DNA from: Stramenopiles sp. TOSAG23-3
Lineage: Eukaryota
DNA length: 38,036 bases
Direction of reading: 5' to 3'
Assembly: GCA_900128585.1 (NCBI GenBank)
Contig: LT642188.1
Span: 1-38,036, forward strand
Positions within the stretch are counted from its first letter, which is position 1. Each line of letters starts with the position of its first letter. Of the stretch, positions 20,694 to 29,296 are shown one piece after another. A program made the position numbers and the translations under genes. The notes beneath the pieces are model-generated. The model saw only the letters and a program-made list of their open reading frames with translations, had not been told where the DNA came from and ran no database searches.

Positions 20694-21480
20694 ACGGGCC
20701 GCGGTTGAACGCGGTGGGATTCTCCTGTTGAAATTAGATCTTGGGTTGTGTGTTTGCATGTGTTAACGTGGTATGAAACTGGGTGACGGAGAAAGAGGTC
20801 ATGTGCCCCCGGCGCATTACGCAGCCATCTTGGAGTCCATGCGTGGGCAAGAGTGGAAATAGCCAACACGAGTGTCTCTCTTGAATGTTTAAAAAATTCG
20901 GGGAAAAAAAAGTAAACTTTAATCTCTTGCAAAAAACTGTCTTTGAAGTAATGATGAAAACATTTGATACGAAGTGTAACTTTTTTAAGAGTACGATACG
21001 AAAGATTTAATGAATTCATGATAAGGTACATAGTTTTAAGACCAGGAAATAAAATTTGATGAGCTTTCTGCGATGTCGGATGATTCTGAATTTTGGTCTG
21101 ACTGAATTTTTAAAAACGAAAAATTGGCTGTTATTTAAAAAGTAATTTAAAACAAATCTACCTTCTTCAAGATATACTGCTTTCTATATAATTGGTTTTT
21201 TTACTGCGAAGTTATCTCTCTGCTCCTGAGATTTTACTAATCAAATTTAAACCCTTGTCACTTAGTCTTGATTATCATTCTCGTGTGTACTCCATGCATG
21301 ATCCGAATCGGTGTTGAATTTCTTTTATAAAATACGTATTAAGACGGATCAACTTTTGTTGTGTACTACTTTTTTTATAAGATCTTATAAAATACAACAT
21401 TTTATCAAAATGAAAAATGCTACAGCCCAATTAATACACGCTCGGGGCTCGGTTTTGCCGCGTCATAGGCAGGACAATTT

Positions 21481-22245
21481 TCAAGCGGTGGCGTTGATGA
21501 TCTCGATGAAGTCGGCTTTCAAACTGCACCCTCCGACAAGAAAACCATCAATGTTCGGTTTGGAGATCAAAGAGGCAGCGTTTGCGGGCTTGACCGATCC
21601 ACCGTAGATGATGCGCAATGCATTTGCAATATCACCCCCAAGTTTGTCGCTAAGCCAGGTGCGCAGAGACGCATGGACTTCTTCCGCCTGTTCTGGCGTT
21701 GCGGTCTCGCCGGTACCGATGGCCCATACGGGCTCGTACGCGACGACTACATTTTGCCAATCGTCCTTCTCCAGGCCGCTTACCAATGCCTGCAAGTGGT
21801 CCTTGCACACGTCCAGCGTTTCCCCTGCTTGGCGCTGAGCAAGGCTCTCGCCGATGCAAAAGATGATCTTCAATCCTTTAGACAACCCTACTTTTGTCTT
21901 GGAGAAAAGCAATTCGTTAGACTCTTTGGCAACTTTTGAGCGGCGTTCGGAGTGCCCAATAATGGCCCAGTTCAACCCAAAGTCCTTTACCATGTCTGCG
22001 GTCAGCTCTCCGGTGTACGCACCTTGTTTCTCTGCGTCCCACGTGTTTTGAACGGACACGTGGTAGTCATCTCTCAAGTTTGCCTGTACGAATCCTATGT
22101 GCAGCGCCGTTGGTGCCACCACTACATCTGTGTTCTCTGGTTTCGGCCCACCCTTGTTAAGCGTTTCCACCAAGGTCGCCACGGACGCCTTGGTCCCGTT
22201 GCACTTCCAGTTCCCCCCAACAAAAAGTCTTCTTCCTCCAGACAT
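21481..22245 (-). CDS. TPI1: Triosephosphate isomerase (cytosolic)
   Basis: FVGGNWKCNG, GAYTGE, IGHSERR, AYEPVWAIGTG, IIYGGSV, DGFLVGG. No targeting extension. Confidence 0.99.
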   Translation of the reverse strand: MSGGRRLFVGGNWKCNGTKASVATLVETLNKGGPKPENTDVVVAPTALHIGFVQANLRDDYHVSVQNTWDAEKQGAYTGELTADMVKDFGLNWAIIGHSERRSKVAKESNELLFSKTKVGLSKGLKIIFCIGESLAQRQAGETLDVCKDHLQALVSGLEKDDWQNVVVAYEPVWAIGTGETATPEQAEEVHASLRTWLSDKLGGDIANALRIIYGGSVKPANAASLISKPNIDGFLVGGCSLKADFIEIINATA

Positions 22246-22428
22246 TGTATAAATTGTATTTCTTGTTGTTGTTGTTAAGTGTGAATGTTAGAGTTAAACT
22301 TTCTTTATAAAACAAATTATCCAATCTAACTTTTAATTCATCATTCCATTCTTTTGCATATTTTTTTGTTGTTATATATATATGATATATGTTTAAAAGA
22401 TACAACAAAAAGTGAACGTATATAGTAG

Positions 22429-22456
22429 TAGAATGTAGAATGTAGAATGTAGAATG
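22429..22456. repeat. (TAGAATG)4 tandem repeat
   Basis: Read directly from the sequence. Confidence 0.9.
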
Positions 22457-22689
22457 ATGGATCGATCCACAATAATAATAATAAATAATTAATCAACCAC
22501 CGTATAGTATAAAAGGTAGTAGTACGGTTCCAAATTATTATTTGAGTTTGAGTACCGTAGTTATTTAGGTGAGGAGGAATGGAATCTCTCTTCTTCCTGT
22601 TTTCCTGTTGAATCATTAGAGCGTCACCATGTCGCGTCATCTTCTTTTTTCTTCTTTTTGTTTTTTGTTTTTCATCACAGAGCATTCTC

Positions 22690-22765
22690 AGAAGAAGAAA
22701 TAAAAAAAGAAGAAGAAGAAAAGAAGAAAGAAAGAGTCGAAAGAAAGAAAGAAAGAAAGTGTCGA

Positions 22766-22817
<52 letters not shown>

Positions 22818-22819
22818 AC
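22690..22819 (+). repeat. (GAA)/(GAAA)n polypurine tract
   Basis: Read directly from the sequence. Confidence 0.95.
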
Positions 22820-23151
22820 GATGATCCGTATATATGTCGTAAGGTAATAGTCTATCTAAATCCAATACTGACTTATTGCTAGTATTAGTACTATCAATGC
22901 AATAAAATATATTATTGTAATAAATACCTTAATTATTGTTAGGCATATTCCTGCGTCTTCAACATTTTTTGAAGATGTCTTTTATGTGTTGGGATCTTTG
23001 GGGAGAAAATACGAAAAGAAGGATCCGGAATTCATCCAGCGACTCTGAAACTTTATAAAATTTAAGAATATTTGAAGTGAATGTATATACACAAAACCAT
23101 CGTGCTTAAATATAAAGAGAATTAAAGAGAAAGCTTTTCTGACACACATTC

Positions 23152-23694
23152 TTAATAAGGAAAGCAGGCGTATTCTCCACAGCAGTCATGGCCAATAGGG
23201 ACGGCCTTTTCCCCTAGCCTGCATTTTGGCCCGTACTTTTTTGACCGGTGAGTGCAAATGACATCGCTGCACATCTTCTCCATCTCGTCGAAGCGCTTGG
23301 TCCACTTGATCATAATGTATCCCCCGCGCTCTCTCCTCAAACGGCGCGGGCGGGCGCACTCGTAATTGCAGCATCCAGGTCCACTTTTTCTTATATGGAA
23401 ACCTCGAGGGCAAGCCGGCCTACGGCACATGAATTGAGCACAGTTCAAGGGTCCTCGTGCAACAAGCCCAACCTCCTCATTTGCATCGTCCATCTCGTCC
23501 CATTTGTGAGTAAAGTCAATCTTAACGTACCCGCCGTCCCCAACTGCCTCCTCGGCATCGTCCATCTTGTCCCATTTGTGAGTAAAGTCAATCTTAACGT
23601 ACCCGCCGTCCCCTGGTGGTTGAGCAACAGCTGGCGGAGCCGCCAACAGCGCAAGCCCAACAGTGCCAAGTATGAAAAGGTGAAGCTTATGCAT
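23152..23694 (-). CDS. Small secreted repeat-containing precursor with two 6-Cys modules
   Basis: Signal peptide ending PAVA. Two 24-aa repeats GDGGYVKIDFTHKWD[KE]MDDA[EN]E[AE]V. Cys module, then RPRRLRR, then a third core RGGYIMIKWTKRFDEME, then a second Cys module. Confidence 0.88.
   Translation of the reverse strand: MHKLHLFILGTVGLALLAAPPAVAQPPGDGGYVKIDFTHKWDKMDDAEEAVGDGGYVKIDFTHKWDEMDDANEEVGLVARGPLNCAQFMCRRPACPRGFHIRKSGPGCCNYECARPRRLRRERGGYIMIKWTKRFDEMEKMCSDVICTHRSKKYGPKCRLGEKAVPIGHDCCGEYACFPY
23470..23613 (-). repeat. 72-nt coding tandem duplication (2 units)
   Basis: gcatcgtccatc...catttgtgagtaaagtcaatcttaacgtacccgccgtcccc recurs at a 72-nt offset (23483 and 23555). Confidence 0.95.
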
Positions 23695-24537
23695 TGATTT
23701 CTTTGTTCAATGAAACCAAGAAGTTTCTTTCGCTTATTTACGAGGTAACAGAAAACTTGTCTGTAGAATTATAATCAAATGAAGGATAAACCTTTATCAT
23801 TTTTATATTTTCTATCATCAAAATCATCTTCTTCAACAACATTTTTTTTTTTTTAATTCTATCTCTTCTTCTCTCTCTCTCTCTTCTTCTTCTTCTTTCA
23901 TCTCTCTCTTCTTTCTTCGTTCTTCTATCATCATCATGTTCTCTCCTCATTTAAAATTTTATCAACAACTAACTACCACCTACTTCCCCAGTTCCTTCTT
24001 CTGCCTGTCACCTGTACCGTACTAACTATTTTATTATTGGCAGCTGTTTTTTTTATTTGATGTTATTTCTATACTATGGTACCCGTACTGTCTCTCCTTC
24101 CTTCTCCAGTGCGTTCTGTAGTACTTATTTATTTGTAATCTTTTTTTTTTTGTACTGAAACAAAATTACTTTTTTTAAGGGTGTGTATGAATGAATCCGT
24201 AATTCTGAAGGGAACCAGCTAAAATATACCTTACTTATAAAATAAAACAATACCAATTGTTTCCTATTCAATTGCTATCATTTTTATTGGTTCTCCCGTG
24301 ATTTCTATCGTATTTATATATTAATGTATTATATGTTATTACCTGTATCTAAATTTTTTTCCTTTTTTTTTTTTATAGGACTAATTAATTATATTTATTA
24401 CACTTTTTTTTTTTCCTGTTTTTTTTTTTTTTGTCATCCTACCACCTACCGGTATGAGTAAAAAAAAAGCAATAAATAGCGCAACAAATAGTCTAGAAGA
24501 TCGGAATGAATTGAAATAAATGAAGAGAAAACGTTAG

Positions 24538-24658
24538 GTAAGGCATTTGTGTAATCGTGCATTGTATTAGGTTTTTCTACGTTCTGTTCTGGGTTCTGTT
24601 TTTAATCCATTTTATTGTTTAGTCCGTTACATATATATATATATACATTTATATATAG
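24538..24658 (+). other. Candidate 5'-UTR spliceosomal intron of the uL23m gene
   Basis: AG|GTAAGG donor, T-rich body, ...TATATAG|G acceptor 44 nt before the ATG. Confidence 0.45.
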
Positions 24659-24702
24659 GTTTGGTGGACAGAAGACGGACGGACGAGGAACGAGGAGGAA
24701 GT

Positions 24703-25035
24703 ATGGTTTGGAACAAAGTACGGTTGCCACGCCAGATAGTCACGCTTATGGTCAAATCGACCGAACAGTTGCCGACGGGAAGGATGGCGAAGTTTCGGGT
24801 GGAACCTTCCATGACGAAGTTTGACATAAAGGAATATTTGGACAAGGTCTACGATTTGCCAGAAATAACGAAGGTCAACACTGTAAACTACGATGGAAAA
24901 CTGAAGCGGGCCCCAAACCCGAGGGGCCGCTCGATTAAGATTAAGAGGTTGAAGGCGTATAAGACTGCGTATGTACATTTTGCGGCTGACCTTGGCTCGC
25001 CATTGCTGCAAGTGGAAGAAGGAGGCGAGAAATAG
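24703..25035 (+). CDS. MRPL23: Mitochondrial-type ribosomal protein uL23
   Basis: FRVEPSMTKFDIKEYLDKVYDL...VNTVNYDGKLKR...YKTAYV. First ATG at 24703. Confidence 0.92.
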   Translation: MVWNKVRLPRQIVTLMVKSTEQLPTGRMAKFRVEPSMTKFDIKEYLDKVYDLPEITKVNTVNYDGKLKRAPNPRGRSIKIKRLKAYKTAYVHFAADLGSPLLQVEEGGEK

Positions 25036-25339
25036 AAGGCGCCATCCAAGGCAAGGAGCGTAATAAGCAAACGTTTGTAATGCGCACTGAAGCAAGTTAC
25101 GCTGTTTTTCTTCTATCATACACTATGTGAAATAACATAAACCGGGGTGACACATCCTGTCGTGCTGTTCTAGTAATTACAAGTAGAGATGATGTGGTCA
25201 CGAATAAATCTTTCGCTTTGGTGTATAAACAAAAATAATTTTTCATAGCACACTCTCGAGACGACATTATTTATTTTTACAGTATTACAAAATGTGTATG
25301 TACAGGCAGCGGTGCGGAGGTTCTCGGGGTTTGTTTTCC

Positions 25340-27013
25340 CTACCTCCTGCCCGCGCCGCTCTCGTTCAAGTAACTTTTCGCCGACTCGATCTCTTTCGTT
25401 GCCAACTCTATGACAGCCCGCATCGGTCTGTCAGATCTCATGACCAAGTCTTGGGGGGCAGTCAAAAGGTCGTACAGCAAGGAATGTTCCATGTAATCGT
25501 CGTGCCAGCCCAACGTCTCTTCCCCCGCAGTTGCCCCGTCGCCGTCGCCCCCACCGGGGTATTCCCCGTGCAATATCCACGTCGTGTCTATCTTTCCGTA
25601 ACGGCACTCCTTTCCTGCCCGCTGCGCCACAACGCCAAGCGTGGAACCCCAGGGGGAGTGAACGATCTCCCCCGAGCCGCTGCTGGCCCCCGTCGCCAAC
25701 CCAGAGTGGGTCAACGAGGCGCGCGACGCGTTCCCGTGGGCGAGGGACGAGGCGGCCAGCGACGAGCTGAGGAAATAGGTCGGGCCGGGCGGGGACGGCG
25801 TCGGCTTTGGCATTCTGTACCCCAAGGAACCGCCGCTGTGACCGCCGCTGCTGCTGCCGTGCGCCCCGCTCCGGTGGCTGGTTCCCCCCGACGGGGTCGT
25901 CGAGGTGAGCGTGACCATGCCGTGAAACGGCGGGCTCGAGCCTGTAATGCCCATTGGCAAATTCTTGTAAAACGGAGACGCGCTCGAGGACTTCAGCGAG
26001 CCGGCCAGGAACGGGGGGGTCCCAGGGCTAGGGCTGGTGGAGCCAATGAAGTGCCCCATCGGACTGTTCCTGTACGGCATGTACCCGTGCTGTTGCTGCT
26101 GCTGCAGATGGTGGTGGCCTGCTGCCGTGGACGGGGGCGTCGGGTAGCTCTGCGGCCAACGCCCATGGCTGCCCATGCTGGATGGGTGGAGGGGCGGGGT
26201 CCCAACGGAAAAATTGCTGGAGCTCAGGTGGCCCAGCCCGGTGCCGTACGAGAACGCGCGGTCGCGGCCTTGGTCGTTGTACGAGGACCCGCCGCCGCCG
26301 CCGGAAGAGGTCGACGGGGCCCGCTTCGACGTGGGAATTTGACGGGGGTTGGACGAAACCCGCGTCAACGGGCTTGGCCCGGGAATGTAGTCCTTGATGA
26401 TGCCTGGGGAGTCGCTGCTATCGCCACCCGCCTCCGCCAACGCTTCGTTCAGCAGGTAGGCCGCCCTGTTGTTTGCAAACGTCTCCACCTTTTCCCGGTA
26501 CGTAACACTAAACTCAAAAATTCCTAACGGCGAAGAGATGCCCTTGAACGGGTAAGCCGTCGTCCGCGCGTCGTTCGCGAACCGCTGCTTTCCCGGGACG
26601 GACAAGGTAATGGTGTACGTCTCGTTCCGGTTGCGCAAAGACCTCGCGGCGGCGGGGAGGACGTGAACGTACGACTGGAGTGACCGCAAGAACACGGACA
26701 GCTCCAGCAGCGCTTTGCTCATCCCGGACGTCGGTGAGGCGGACGGCTGGGCGAGGTCGTGCGGCTTCAGGCGCACCGTCCACGTCTCTAGCAACACGTT
26801 GTCCCCAGCAACGACATTCAAACAGATAGGCTGCCTGAGGCCGGCGCCCGTCTGGTCGATTTGCTTTCGCAGCCGCAGCAGTTGCGGAAGGAGCAAATTG
26901 AACATTTTCGCCTCTGGCCGATGCCAAACCGGGCCGCGAGGACAGCGGGCGTGCGCTACGATCTCATATGCCATGTAAACGGCATACTTGAACACCTTTT
27001 CCCACTTGTCCAT
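25340..27013 (-). CDS. ATG13: Autophagy-related protein 13 (HORMA domain plus Ser/Pro-rich disordered region)
   Basis: IVAHAR...FNLLL...VLLETWTV...LSVFLRSLQSYVHVLPA...SPLGIFEFSVTYR matches the ATG13 HORMA domain. Long S/P/G-rich tail follows. Confidence 0.88.
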   Translation of the reverse strand: MDKWEKVFKYAVYMAYEIVAHARCPRGPVWHRPEAKMFNLLLPQLLRLRKQIDQTGAGLRQPICLNVVAGDNVLLETWTVRLKPHDLAQPSASPTSGMSKALLELSVFLRSLQSYVHVLPAAARSLRNRNETYTITLSVPGKQRFANDARTTAYPFKGISSPLGIFEFSVTYREKVETFANNRAAYLLNEALAEAGGDSSDSPGIIKDYIPGPSPLTRVSSNPRQIPTSKRAPSTSSGGGGGSSYNDQGRDRAFSYGTGLGHLSSSNFSVGTPPLHPSSMGSHGRWPQSYPTPPSTAAGHHHLQQQQQHGYMPYRNSPMGHFIGSTSPSPGTPPFLAGSLKSSSASPFYKNLPMGITGSSPPFHGMVTLTSTTPSGGTSHRSGAHGSSSGGHSGGSLGYRMPKPTPSPPGPTYFLSSSLAASSLAHGNASRASLTHSGLATGASSGSGEIVHSPWGSTLGVVAQRAGKECRYGKIDTTWILHGEYPGGGDGDGATAGEETLGWHDDYMEHSLLYDLLTAPQDLVMRSDRPMRAVIELATKEIESAKSYLNESGAGRR

Positions 27014-27092
27014 ACTAACACCGTCCCCCGGAACTAAAAACTAAAGGGTGCCCGTGCACCTACCGGTTGTTGAAAATAGAAAAAATCAACGA

Positions 27093-27093
<1 letters not shown>

Positions 27094-27125
<32 letters not shown>

Positions 27126-27148
27126 ACAAAAAAAAAAAAAAAGGGGGG
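27094..27148 (+). repeat. G31-AAC-A15-G6 homopolymer block
   Basis: Read directly. Lies about 80 nt upstream of the ATG13 start. Confidence 0.9.
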
Positions 27149-27465
27149 CAGGGCGCAAGAACAACTAGAAATAACAAACTTTACCATACGTGCGTTGTAC
27201 ACACTTTATCTATTAAATACTATTAAAACTATTAAAGTGGAATGTAAACCGATAGAGACAATCAAGCACCAAACCATTTTTGTATAAAATAATTACCCTG
27301 CTGGTAGACTAGTCGTCTAGTAAAATAATAAAATAATAAAAAAAAAAGAGTATTTAATAATATAAAATACCAAGGAGGTGGTACGGTATTAATAACGTGA
27401 ACCCGTACACCCGTTATTACCATAGTATTTCTATTTATTATTTTTTATTTATTAAAAATAAGAAG

Positions 27466-27573
27466 CCTCTTTCTTCTTTTCTTCTTCTTCTTCTTTCTTT
27501 CTTCTTCTTTCTTTCTTCTTTCTTCTTCTTTCTTCTTCTTTCTTCTTCTTTCTTCTTCTTTCTTCTTCTTTCT
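27466..27573 (+). repeat. (CTT)/(CTTT)n polypyrimidine tract
   Basis: Read directly from the sequence. Confidence 0.95.
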
Positions 27574-29296
27574 ATATAGAATCAACAACAAACAAACAAG
27601 AAGAAGTGCAATGTAATAAAGGTCATCTCTCTCTTCTAATTCTCTCTCTCTCTCTCTCTCTATTTTTTATTATAGTCTCTATCTCCTCTACGTAGTTTAC
27701 TTATCTTAGACTAGCTAATAATTAAATAACGGTAGACTATGAGGTACCGGTATTGTTTTAAAACCTCACCTCGTACGTTACGAGGAGTAGAGCTGAGGAA
27801 ATTTAGTATTTAGTTTGTCTCGTACTGTAGTATTCATATTTGGTATTATTTTATTCGTTTTGTATTCTAATGTATTTTGATAGGAATATCTTACATTGGT
27901 AGACAGGGACGGTCGAGTTGGTTTGTACTCTATTCGTGGGTCTAGCTCCCCGTGTAATGTAATGTACAATGAAGAACAGAACGTGATGATGGTATTTCTA
28001 TTAGATGAAAAGGTGACAAAACGCCTGTGGTATTTCTATATATACAGTATGAAAAGCGACAAAACTACTTTGTACTCTAATTTAATGTTTCCTGGCTGAA
28101 TTTTGAATTAATTGTACAGGATCCTTCTGATAATTAAGGTAAATGTATTTATTATTAAATTAACTTTTATTTATAATAACAATATAATAGAAAATACAAA
28201 ATAGTATTCATTTTGTGTATATATACTTAATTATGAAGCAATCTCGATGTTCTAAAAAAACTGAATTTTCGGTACTGTATATACCCTACCCTGTATTAAT
28301 ATACGTTTTTAAAAAAATAAACGAGGAATCGAATCATTCCAGAATAAAAATAGAGTACGGTACTTTTAAATTACAATTAAAACAGTGATCACGACGGAGC
28401 ACTCCTCGTACTTCTTATAAATAATAATAATAGCTGTGTGAGGTTCGATCGATCTTCGAGAAGACGTGGAAAATTCTATCAACAAGTTATTTCGTGGTAA
28501 AAAATCAGTAAACAGAACGAAAGATCCTTTTTTTTTCTTCCCCTTTGTTCTTCCTGTACTGTACAACATTGTGTTGCGTTACCGGGACTTCGCTTAGCAG
28601 TTAAATAAATTGAAGTACGTGTTAATACGTACGTACGTCCAGCTAGGAGAGGATGAGGAGCACGGATAGATAATGCGAGGACCATTACACAGTCGTAGCA
28701 TTACCAGAGCAGTTCAAATTTGGAGTTGATCGTTCGTTCGATAATAATAATAATTATGGTACACAGAAGGAAATGACCACCCACCATCCATACATCCATA
28801 CCATATTACAATTTGATTTGACTACTACTACCTCGAATGATAGCTAACTGTACTTAAAAATACTGTACTCCTTGATTTTAAAGATATAAATAATAAAGAA
28901 GTTCTATATTATATAGTGTCTACGTGTCTAATTCCTTTAATTATTACTCAAAAATAATAAAAGAAAAACAACACCCTTAGCTTACGAGTAAGTTGAAAGT
29001 ATGTAGGTCTACACAGCATTGCGCAGGAGGATTAAAAATTATAATTTTAATAAAGAAGATGAATGACAGACAAGACAAGACAGATTAGCAGACAGACAAG
29101 ACAGACTAGCTGATAGTCGGAATAGTTAACAAACTATTACAGACAAGTGGAAAACAATCAAACTGCGGAGTTTAGGAGACATGACAAAAGCTTGCGTCAT
29201 TCGTCCAATTCACAATTTAGAACACGGAAGACAAAGTAGCTAAATCCGTGCTGTGTAATCTTGTTGTTGTTTCTGGAAACACAAAGCAGGGAGATA

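Noticed and set aside
23470-23613. Direct repeats as a possible CRISPR array (also the 38-nt pair at 5563/5664)
   Set aside because: Only two units each. The first pair is an in-frame coding duplication with no unique spacers. There are no cas genes and the context is eukaryotic.
25292-26527. 411-aa + strand ORF overlapping ATG13
   Set aside because: Antisense shadow of a GC-rich CDS. Arg/Ala/Gly-rich with no recognisable motifs.
28425-28470. tRNA around GGTTCGATC
   Set aside because: No acceptor, D or anticodon stems could be built.
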